This document shows, one piece after another, positions 20,398 to 29,938 of a stretch of DNA of 64,000 nt. This DNA comes from Selaginella moellendorffii (taxonomy: Eukaryota; Plantae; Lycopodiophyta), in the NCBI RefSeq assembly GCF_000143415.4, contig NW_003314363.1, positions 496,001 through 560,000 of the forward strand, in the 5' to 3' direction. The position numbers and the translations under genes are program-made. Below the pieces are notes generated by a model. That model was not told where the DNA came from, ran no database searches, and worked only from the letters and a program-made list of their open reading frames with translations. The first letter of the stretch is position 1, and each line of letters opens with the position of its first letter.

Positions 20398-20688
20398 CGG
20401 ATCGAGGTCGAGAAAAGGTGAGTTCTTTCTTTATCTCTTTCTTTCAACTTTTTCGTTTTTTTCTGTCAGCATGGATGATTGCTGGTGGCATGCGAAGCTG
20501 TTGAGGTAGATCATTAAATCATTGATGATCCTTATGCTCCTCGTTGTTCTTATTATCTGGCTCGCAGCTCATCACTGTTCTTAGTTGGACAGGAATCTTG
20601 GAAAAGCTGTCTAAGACCGCGTTGCCGGCTACCATCGTTCTCTATATGTTTATAAGCTGGGATTGGTGTTGCTCGCAGAAACACGCAA

Positions 20689-22670
20689 ATGGAGCTTGTG
20701 AGGAGCTTTGGAACACTGTTTTTGCTGCTGTGCGTCATTCTTTTCTTCCAACAGGCAGCCGGGAGAACGAGAAAGTTTGAGTTTAATGTGAGTATCTCTG
20801 GTTATCTTTGGAGAATGACGTTCCAGTCTTTTGTGTATGACAGGTCGCATATATGAGTGTTAACAAGTTATGCCGAGCTACGAGGATTGTTGCTGTCAAT
20901 GGGCAGTTTCCCGGGCCTTCCATCCGCATCCAACAAGGCGATAAAGTGATAGTTCGAGTTCATAATATGATACGCAGCAACATCACTATTCACTGGTAAC
21001 ATACATTTGTTTTTATAAACATGAGCTAAGGTTTTCTTTTTTCTTCTTTTCTTTTTTTTTGGTGTTCTTGTGCGTAGGCATGGAGTTCAGCAGCGGCTTT
21101 CGTGTTGGCAAGACGGGCCTGCATTTATAACTCAGTGTCCCATCCAAGAGAGAAACTCGTTCACGTATCGATTTAGAGTCGATCAAGTCGGGACACTTTT
21201 CTGGCACGCTCATGCAGCTTGGCTTAGAGGCACAGTCCATGGTGCGTTTATCATCGAGCCTGTTACCAGAAGACCGCGGCCGTATCCATTTCCCCAGCCA
21301 TTTAGAGACGAGACCATCATCCTTGGTAAGCAAAGCTCTCTAAACCTTTTGGTTTGATTTTGCGAGTCGCTTCTCCAGGAGATTGGTTTGTCAACGATCT
21401 CCTCGAAGAGGAGGAGCGAGCTATAGTTTCTGGCGGAGCACCGGACATGTCCAACGCTTTCATAATCAACGGGAAGCCTGGGCCTCTCTTTAACTGTTCG
21501 GCGACTTCTTATTCCAAGTCATTCACTCACGAGGAGAACACGCACAAGATCGGCTTCATACCAGGAGAAGCTTACCTCCTGAGAATCATCAATGCTGCAC
21601 TAGAACAGGACCTCTTCTTCTCAATCGCAAATCACACCATGACCGTCGTCGAGATCGACGCATCCTACACAAAGCATCTCACAGTCACCGAGTTTCTCAT
21701 CACCCCGGGGCAAACCGTATCAGTTCTAGTCAAGGCAAGCCAGCACGGTGGAAGTTACTACATGGCAGCCTCGCCTTGGAGATCCGGTGGTGCTCTCTTC
21801 CAGCCAACAGTAGCTCTTGGCATCATCGAGTACATTACTCCACACGGGAATTTTTCGCTCATGCCAGTTCTTCATAACCTGCCGAACCCGGACGACAAGG
21901 CCTTGGGACAAAAGTTCCAGAAGCTGCTGCGGAGCTTAAACTCGAAACAGTATCCAGAACAAGTTCCTCAGTTGGCAGATCGACGCCTGTTTCACGTCGT
22001 CAGCTTGAACGTAAAGCCGTGCTCTCCAGGCATCATTTGCTCGGGACCAGCAGGACTACGCCTATCAAGCTCTATCAACAACGTTTCTTTCGTCTCACCG
22101 AAGACTTCGTCCATTCTGGAAGCTTACTACAACAGGATTCCGGGTGTCTTCACGGCCGATTTTCCTGACAAGCCGCCGGTTCCATACGACTACGTTGGCA
22201 AGGCTTTCGATATCTCTGATCTCTTTTCGGAGACTGGAACGAGAGTGAGCGTCATTCCTTACGGTGCCAACGTCCAGCTCGTTCTCCAGACGACCATCAA
22301 CCTTGCAAACGACAGCCATCCATTTCACCTCCACGGTTTTGACTTCTACATCGTTGGCGAGGGGCACGGCAACTTTGACGGTGCTCGAGACGAGCGCAAG
22401 TTCAACCTTGTGGATCCTCCACGCAGGAACACTGCGTTGATTCCAATCAAAGGCTGGATAGCTTTAAGATTCAAAGCTGACAATCCAGGTATGATACTTT
22501 CCATTCATTCGGCTTCTAACCTTATGAGTCTGCGACCAGGAACTTGGCTGTTCCATTGCCACCTAGACGGACATCTTACTTGGGGACTGGAGATGGCATT
22601 CATCGTTCTAAACGGTGAAGGCCCCAACCAAACTTTGCCTTCTCCGCCAAAACATCGACCAAAATGCTAG
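20689..22670 (+). CDS. LAC: Laccase (multicopper oxidase), 5 exons
   Basis: Signal peptide MELVRSFGTLFLLLCVILFFQQAAG. Copper motifs HW|HG, WHAH, HPFHLHG and WLFHCHLDGHLTWGL; also NGQFPGP and DGPAFITQCPI. TATA-like sequence at ~20642-20655. Confidence 0.95.
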
Positions 22671-22790
22671 TTTATGCCGTAAGTTTTCACAGGCACGACT
22701 CAATGAGTTTCTGATCGGTGTTGTTGTTATCAGCTCAAGGATCATTGCCGACGATTCTTACCAGATAAATGCGTACACTATGTCTTGGAC

Positions 22791-24607
22791 TCAGCATTCG
22801 TAACATCGGGTAAAAAATCCAAACAGGTGGAATTTCCTCCGTAGATTTCTCACGCCAGCCCAGGCTCCGAATCCAACACCGATTACAAGTATCCAGACAA
22901 CAACACCGACGTTGATTGCATATATCCATATCCAGCTCGGCAGCCAGAAAGGAGGCCCCTCTTTGGACTCCTGCTCACAAGGTAACATTGAGAGCTTGAA
23001 CTGCAAATGCTAAACTTGCCTTTCGCGCAGAAGTACTTCTGTGATAAACCATGAAAGCCACGCACGGGACAATGTAGATCGTAAAGCTCGTGAAGAAAGC
23101 AGCCGCCACTATATTGATAACGCCAATGAAGGGAATCATCAGCGCGACGAGCCAGACCAGTATCACGACTGGCAATCTCGCGGCGGATTTGAGCAAGTAT
23201 CGTCCTGGCAACGAGTGTATCCCGCAAAACTTCTCCCACGTAAGATAGATCGGAAGCACCGAGAAGCCAAACTGGACGAACTGCAGCAAAGAGCACTATG
23301 GTCAGGCAAGCTTTCCAAGTTTATCTTCTTTCGCTCTTTGCAAAGGGTTCTTTCGTCTCGCCTGGTGGATGATCATGAGAATTATGGCTACGTCACGGTA
23401 CTTGGACTTGTGGAACCTGGTGAGAGCGTATGAGTGGTGGAGCATCTCCTCTCCATACGTCCAGTAAACCGCGATGGCCGAAGGCAAAGTGAGAGTCCAT
23501 ATGTAGAGAACCGCGTAGAGATAAATCTCCTTAAATTTTTGTGGCTTCTTCATGGCATGGGTGAGCTCGCTAAGATGGTGAAGATAACCAGGTGATGTTA
23601 TAGTAAAGAGATCCGACTTACATTGTCAATCCATGGCCTCCAAACGCGTATAAGATGTTGGAAGCTCCCAAGAAGTAGTCTAGAGAGGAGTGTGGAGCAC
23701 TGTGTTTCACAGGGCCATCCTGTTTTGTACATGATCGTGTGAGATTTCTATAGACAAAAAGGTCATAAAATAAATACCTTTCCTTGGAAAATGGAAGCTA
23801 AAACCATGTACCAAGCAGTGTAAGTAGTCATTACAATACCAACAGAAGATAATACTCTGTAGTTTTGAGCTCTGGGGATCAAAATACTGGGTATAACGCA
23901 AGCTCCTAACACCAGAGTCCATGATCGCTTGTCTAGACGATCATTGAGGATATGGGCAAGGCTGTCCAAAATAAAATGCATAGAATTTTTATTTTTCTTT
24001 GATAAAAGGTGATATTACTTGGATGCTCCTATAAGTGTGATAGCACTTTGCAACACCTGAAGGCCAGTGTTAAATATCAAGCCAAGGTACTTCCAAAATG
24101 TACCAAGAAGGCCATCTAAAACTTCATACCACTGAGACAAAACCATGTAAGATTATCAAGATTCAATGATGTAGAAAGGACCTGAATTTCATGCTTGTCA
24201 TTGTACAGAGCTTCTCTTTCAAATCTCTTCCTGTAGTTCATATACAGCCAAGTTGTCATGTAGCAAGCCCATGCCCCAAGGGTTCCATAGAGGAGCTGGA
24301 AAAGAATGCCAGAGACTAATCCCAGCTGAGCAAATGAATTGGGGAGTGTGAGAAGAACTTGCCCAACCTTTTAGAACCAGCCACATTCATGATCAAGATA
24401 TGAGAAAATCCCAAGGAACTAAAGAGGCAAAAACCTGGTAAGATGTAGCATTGAACCAAGCATCAATGACAGAGCTCCCATTCAAGATTGTGCTTGCAAT
24501 TCTAGTGAGCCTCCTGCTGTGCCCCCACATTGGAATTGGAAAGATCTGAAGAGAACAACAGTGGCTTTGCCCTGTAAGAGAATTCTCTCACCAACAAGCG
24601 CACTCAT
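22791..24607 (-). CDS. LAX: AUX1/LAX-family auxin influx carrier-like permease (divergent), multi-exon
   Basis: DAWFNATSYQ|VGQVLLTLPNSFAQLG, WYEVLDGLLG, LDKRSWT, GASNILYAFGGH, HAMKKPQKFK, TLTLPSAIAVYW, LMIIHQF, ARLPVVI, FGFFTRCYEC*. Confidence 0.9.
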
Positions 24608-24670
24608 ATCATTCCTAGTCAATAAACGCTGCCGAATCTCTCTGTCACAAAGACAAAGATTCTGTCTTGA

Positions 24671-25621
24671 TTATACGGTTTTAGGCAAATCCAATCCCAC
24701 TGCCTCAAAAAACTTCTTCCATTCAACGTACACTCCTTCCGTGAAGATGGCTATGAGCCGGCCGGGATCTCGCGTTTCCCTGTAACACCTCCTCTCGATC
24801 CCATGCTCGATCGTCTCCTCCTCCTGGAAGCAGCTGCGGTACACGCCATAGCTCACAATCTCCTCGCTCTCGACGAGGTAGGCGTTGTTGGGCACCATTG
24901 GAGTGATGCTCCACAGGAGAAACGCGAGCAAAACTCTCCCGACTCGCCCATTCCCATCGCGGAAGGGATGAACGAGCTCGAATTCCAGGAAGAACGTCAC
25001 CGCCACCTCGAGAAGCTTGCCAACGTCAAAAGTGTCGTCGCCGCCGCGATCGATCGGGAAGATCTCTTCCAGCCTCGTGTTGGTCGCTCCTATCAGCCGC
25101 TGGAGCTTGGCGGAGATTTGATCCGGCTCCACAAACTGGTGGAACGATCCATCTTCCAGGCGCACAAACACGTCCTTCTGCCGGAACTGGCCGGCATCGC
25201 TCTCCCACCCCTCGCGGTTCTGGAACAAGACCTTGTGGATCCTCTTGATCCCGGAGATCGTGAGAGATGGCGGGTGGGAGCAGCATTCGCTCGCCTCACG
25301 CTCCACCATGCCATAGGCGTCGTGCAAGTTGAGGGTGACGATGGTGTCCAGCGATTGATCCACGGCGCCCTGGCCACTCCTGGCTGCGTCAATCACTGCC
25401 CCGGTCTGGGGGATGGAGTCGTAGCCCTCGCCATTGATCGTGTTCACCTGGTAGACGAAATCCACTAGCATCTGCTTGCGGCACAGCGCTGCCGCCATTT
25501 CCTGCACTGCGATCCGCGCGGATTGCCTGTGGGATTCGGCGATCAAGCTCTGGATCCCCCTTACCAGCGACGAGGTGCTGCATCGCTCACTTCTCCTCCA
25601 TGCTGGATGCTCAATCGCCAT
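24671..25621 (-). CDS. Fic/Fido domain protein (putative AMPylase), intronless, 316 aa
   Basis: Canonical HPFRDGNGRVGR at ~24935-24970. Upstream Fic elements IKRIHKVLF and AGQFRQKDV, and FVYQVNTINGEG at the inhibitory-helix position. Confidence 0.9.
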   Translation of the reverse strand: MAIEHPAWRRSERCSTSSLVRGIQSLIAESHRQSARIAVQEMAAALCRKQMLVDFVYQVNTINGEGYDSIPQTGAVIDAARSGQGAVDQSLDTIVTLNLHDAYGMVEREASECCSHPPSLTISGIKRIHKVLFQNREGWESDAGQFRQKDVFVRLEDGSFHQFVEPDQISAKLQRLIGATNTRLEEIFPIDRGGDDTFDVGKLLEVAVTFFLEFELVHPFRDGNGRVGRVLLAFLLWSITPMVPNNAYLVESEEIVSYGVYRSCFQEEETIEHGIERRCYRETRDPGRLIAIFTEGVYVEWKKFFEAVGLDLPKTV

Positions 25622-25626
25622 GAGAA

Positions 25627-25636
25627 AAACCCTAAA
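25627..25636. promoter_or_regulatory. Telo-box (AAACCCTAAA) immediately upstream of the Fic gene
   Basis: Exact plant telo-box 5 bp upstream of the ATG. Similar boxes lie upstream of GatA (~7864), OST3 (~28680), mS26 (~29847), TAP46 (~53783) and the P-PPR (~62651). Confidence 0.55.
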
Positions 25637-25932
25637 CTCTACAAAAAGGAGCTTATGGTATTTATTTTATAACCAGACTTTATCTACCGAAAATTGTCAT
25701 GTTAATTTATATGTTTTTAAATTTTATTATCAAACATAAATAAGTGAATGGTACTTATAAACAAAACAATGTTATATATTCTAATAAAATCTTGCAGCTT
25801 AATTAGGAAACAGGATAAGATGTAATAAATCAACCATACTGAATTTAGGTTTTTTCGTCCGTCCCTTACTCGTTAGGTTTGGATCCTGGCAAGGTATGTA
25901 TGATTTGGAATTTTCTTGTAAGGAACCTCTAA

Positions 25933-26532
25933 TCTCTATTCATTAGTGACAATGTACAGAAGTATCAATCACAAAATAAATGTCAAGATGAAGAATTAAC
26001 GAAGTGCCCGCGATGCAACTCCCTTGACACCAAATTTTGCTATAATAACAATAAAAAAGCTTCACAGCCACGGTATAGATGCAATTCGTGCAAGCGCAAA
26101 TTCACCAAAGGTGGCAGAATTAGATTTGTACCACCCAAGAAACCAGAGAGGCAAAGGAATCCCAATCGTAGCAACACCACCAAATCCAGAAGCAAGAGTT
26201 CAAGATTCAAGCAATCCTCCACCAAGCCTTCATCCAAGAATACTGAAGTTGGGTTGAGCATCTCTGATGAATCTGATGAGGAGACTTATGAAGAATCCCT
26301 AGAGGAGGAAGACGATGGAGAGGAGGAAGAGAGCCATATCCAGAATCAAGCCAACAAGAGGACAATCAAGAAAGAGTATGCCTTGAGTTCCAATGAAAAG
26401 CATTATCAAGTGGTGAGGAAACCATTGATGGTCACAAGAAAATCTAGTTTTGGAGAACTTTTATGGTATAAGATTGCATTCACCAAGATTAAGAATGCCA
26501 TTCTAGATGGATACAATGGCATTATTTATTAA
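25933..26532 (+). CDS. Divergent Dof-type C2C2 zinc-finger protein with acidic C-terminal region (5' exon/ATG not identified; may be a pseudogene)
   Basis: Frame open from 25933 and continuous with ORF 26254-26532: [44 protein letters not shown], then [23 protein letters not shown]. Confidence 0.75.
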   Translation, partial: SLFISDNVQKYQSQNKCQDEELTKCPRCNSLDTKFCYNNNKKASQPRYRCNSCKRKFTKGGRIRFVPPKKPERQRNPNRSNTTKSRSKSSRFKQSSTKPSSKNTEVGLSISDESDEETYEESLEEEDDGEEEESHIQNQANKRTIKKEYALSSNEKHYQVVRKPLMVTRKSSFGELLWYKIAFTKIKNAILDGYNGIIY

Positions 26533-26640
26533 TTAATTAAAATCTAAGATTTTCTTAAAAAAAGAACACTCCAAATATCTGAGCTTCCTCTTGTTGTAAG
26601 AGATACCATTCCTGCATCCAAGATATTATTCAATTCGATA

Positions 26641-27496
26641 TTATTCAATTCCAGTGGTTTCAGCAAGAAAATCCCTCATTAATCTGGTATTAGCGTTGTC
26701 CATTTTCTGTAACATACAACAAACACAAAATAACAAATAAAAAATAAAAAGATAAACATACTTGCAGAGACATCATCTTCATGTTTTCCCACTCAAAATC
26801 ATTATTTGCATAGGCTGCTCTCACTTACAATATCACAACAGAGTTTTAACAACAACAATATCAACATTCACTTACCTCAAGAATTCTCAGTGCTAATAGG
26901 CCACTTCCATGAATCAATAAAGAAAAAAAAAGAAAAGACCTCTAGGAAACACTAGAGTAATCTCTTACCAAGTGCTTTGTGACGGCCAGACTCCCTCATC
27001 AATGCCGAGCAAAACTTATCTCCGTCCTTGAGTGGCACCTTGTCCAGGAACTTCATGAGATCATCGTACGCCTCCTTGTTGTAGTCCTGGAACACACAAA
27101 AGTTTCAGAGCACCACAAAGAAAAATTTTCCCAAGGGACGAAAGCTTTCAAAGTTACCTCTAGCTGCGAAGCAACGATCTTGACAGCAATGTAAGTGAAG
27201 AAGTTGTGGAGCGTGTCCGCAGCACGGCCCTCGGGAGTCCGCCCTCCGAATCCTGGCATCCTGCTATTCTCTCGAACTGAAACTTCCTACAAAGTACTCT
27301 CCTACAAAAGAAAAAATCGAAGAGAAACTACATCACTACCACTCTCACCTGGAACGAACATCTTGTGGCAATTGCAAGCCACACGCGCTCTCCCAGCCTT
27401 GCTGATCGCCTTGCTCGTCACGGCCTTTCCAATCCCACGTCCAAAAGCACCACCGCTAGCAGCAGCAGCAGCAGCGGCAGCGGCACAAGTAGCCAT
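26641..27496 (-). CDS. RbcX: Chloroplast Rubisco assembly chaperone RbcX (RbcX-I type), multi-exon
   Basis: Transit peptide, then MFVP|GFGGRTPEGRAADTLHNFFTYIAVKIVASQLE, DGDKFCSALMRES, ALRILE, AYANNDFEWENM and MDNANTRLMRDFLAET. TAA at 26641. Confidence 0.92.
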
Positions 27497-27625
27497 GGCC
27501 GAGAGACACAGATCTTTAGGTGAACCAGAGCTTTCTTAGTGTCGAAAAATCGTTAATAAGTTTCTGAAAGTAGCGAGTGAAGATCCTCTTCCTCCTCGAG
27601 AGTTTTCTTCCTCTTGTTCTTCCAT

Positions 27626-28642
27626 CTAGAGCCAGCCCCGCGGGAGATAACCGTGGATCTCATACCCAGTCTTCCAGTGATCCAGCGCCACCACCCATCT
27701 CACCGCCAGGAAGCAAACTCCCATCCCGACCAGCAAGATCGCCCTGTGCGTTGTCTTGTTCTTGATCCTCACGAGAACATGAGTGATGAACGCCACCACC
27801 AGCCCCACGACCGTGTAGAGAAATCCCACCGCGAACCCCTCGGCCCCCAGCTGCATCCCAGATCCCTGGTAGAACGCGACGATCTTGGAGGGATCGTTCC
27901 GGTCGGGCATGAAGAGCGGCATCTTCCGGATGATGTTGTGCATGCCCCCGGCGACGCTGAAGAAGTAGACGAGGAGCGCTCCCACGCACCAGAGCTTGGA
28001 GTTGTGGAATGGTGTGTCCTTGCCTTCGATGAGGAGCTTCTTGAGCACGTATGGAGCGGCGACGATGGCCGCGGCGGCGACGAGCAGGAGCTGGTTCCTC
28101 GACACCAGCGGCGGCCGATCGATCGCCCCAACCTTGTGCCTGATCTTGCTCTCCACGTAGGCAGCCATCCCCTCCGCGGATCTCACCATGTCGTTGAGCT
28201 CCATCATGGACTCGGACGCGTTGAGCGGCCCCGAGCCCGGCGCGAGGAAGCGCGCGTGCGGCAGCGCATTCACGCCAAACATCGCGAAGCTGGCCTGCGC
28301 GCGCTGGAATTCCAGCGCGCAGAAGAAGATCTTGGACTCGCCGCTGCCGCCCGCGTTGTTCTTGATGTAGGATCTGGCCAGGAGGGAGAATTCGCCCCGC
28401 AGCTCGTCCAGCTTCAGGCCCGATCGCTCGCGGAGGTGGTGCGCGTCGAAGAAGACGAGCAGCGCGTAGGGCCGATTGGCCGACGCGGCCAAATGCCGGA
28501 TCCCGGTATCGTCCAGCTCGATAATCCCATCTTTCGAACCTGCCTGGCGCCGCAGTAGATCCGAGACGCGATCGTCCTCGCCGATGGCGATGGCCAGGAA
28601 GAACAGCACCAGCGCCAGCGCGATCGCGCATCCCCGGCCCAT
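27626..28642 (-). CDS. OST3/6: Oligosaccharyltransferase subunit OST3/OST6, intronless
   Basis: Signal peptide; lumenal thioredoxin-like region (IFFCALEFQRAQASFAMFGVNALPH); YFFSVAGGMHNIIRKMP, FYQGSGMQLGAEGFAVGFLY, LDHWKTGY. Confidence 0.93.
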   Translation of the reverse strand: MGRGCAIALALVLFFLAIAIGEDDRVSDLLRRQAGSKDGIIELDDTGIRHLAASANRPYALLVFFDAHHLRERSGLKLDELRGEFSLLARSYIKNNAGGSGESKIFFCALEFQRAQASFAMFGVNALPHARFLAPGSGPLNASESMMELNDMVRSAEGMAAYVESKIRHKVGAIDRPPLVSRNQLLLVAAAAIVAAPYVLKKLLIEGKDTPFHNSKLWCVGALLVYFFSVAGGMHNIIRKMPLFMPDRNDPSKIVAFYQGSGMQLGAEGFAVGFLYTVVGLVVAFITHVLVRIKNKTTHRAILLVGMGVCFLAVRWVVALDHWKTGYEIHGYLPRGWL

Positions 28643-28753
28643 CCTCGCTCGAGCTAGGGTTCTCGGCTAACCCCGCGGTTAGGGTTTAGTTTGGTTAGGC
28701 TTTAAAGGGTCGAGCGTTCGATTCCGGGGAGCGAGTTTTTTAAAGACTTTCCA

Positions 28754-29841
28754 TCAGAATGGCGTCTTGGTCGTGGCTCTTGCGGCCGAGGCGAGAATGT
28801 CACGTCCAGTGATCCTGGAAGAAGATTTCTTGCCAAATGCGCTCAGAAGCTCGTCATCGTCGTCTCGGAGCAGTGGATCCTCGGGTCGCCTGGGACTGCA
28901 AAGAAGGAAAAAACTTAGAACTTCGGGGAGAAAAGAGAGAATATGAGTGGCACACCTTGGCACTTGCGTTGCGAAAGAGTCGTATGCTTCCAGCGGTTTG
29001 CCGACTCTGAGCAGCGGGATGGGATCCACGAAGGCTTCGTTGATCCTCGCCTCTAAATCCTTCTCTTCAATCCACGACGAGCTCGACACGCGCAAAGCTT
29101 CCAGCCTCTCATCCCTGGCCTTTTGGTGCTCCGCGACTTGCCTAGCGTGGCTCGCAGCTTTGATCCTCTTTTCCTTGTCCTGTAAAAATCCACCCAAGAT
29201 CATCAATCCTCTATCTATCCTCAAACTTTCAATCCAAAAACAATCCATCCAAGATCATCAATCCTCCCTCCAAAAACCTCTATCCATCCTCACTCTTTCA
29301 ATCCAAGATCCAAGAGAACATCCAAGAAGCACGAAAACAATCCATCCAAGATCATCAATCCTCCCAAAAACTGTATCCATCCTCAAACCACAGGAGAAAA
29401 TCGAAGACACACGAAAGAACATCCAAGGAAGAAGAAGAGAGAACTCACGATTATAGCGCGCAAGGACTCTTTCCTCTCCTGCGCCTTGAGCCGCTTCTCC
29501 TCTTTCCTCTGCCACCGCAAAATACACTCTTGCTCGCGATGCTGCAAGGCCTTCTCTCTCTCCGCCACATCCGACCGCTCCTTGGCGATCCTCTTCTTCT
29601 CCACCTCCTTCTGGAATTCCTTGCGGATCTCCTTGACCTGCTTCTTATACTCCCCCTTGAGGAGATTCATCTTCCCGAGCACGGGCCCTTCGTATTTCTT
29701 ACCCCCCCATCTGATCGCCCCTTCGCTGTAAGGGATCAGCGCAGCGCGCGTCACTGCCGCGGCATCGGGAGCGGCCGGAGGAGCTGCCGAGGTCGCCATG
29801 GCCCTGCATTGCTTCCAGGCGCCCGCCCATCGCCTCGCCAT
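28754..29841 (-). CDS. Mitochondrial coiled-coil protein, probably mitoribosomal mS26-like, spliced
   Basis: Mitochondrial-presequence-like N-terminus. YKKQVKEIRKEFQKEVE and LRVSSSSWIEEKDLEARINEAFVD resemble plant mS26 (YAKKV..YRKEY; SSLWIEEKELD..I.EALVD), recognised from memory. Confidence 0.65.
29190..29390. repeat. Degenerate intronic tandem repeat (3 copies)
   Basis: CCAAGATCATCAATCCTC...TATCC(A)TCCTCA recurs at ~29194, ~29249 and ~29346. Confidence 0.7.
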
Positions 29842-29938
29842 GGAAGAACCCTAAAACCCTCGAAAGCATATTCTCTTAATGAAACTTTCTTTGCTCTCTT
29901 TGGTTTCGCAAAGAACTTGATTATAGCGCAATAGAGTT

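Noticed and set aside
28650-28730. Telomere-like TTAGGG/TAGGGTTT words as an interstitial telomere
   Set aside because: Isolated copies sit just upstream of start codons across the window, which fits telo-box promoter elements rather than arrays.
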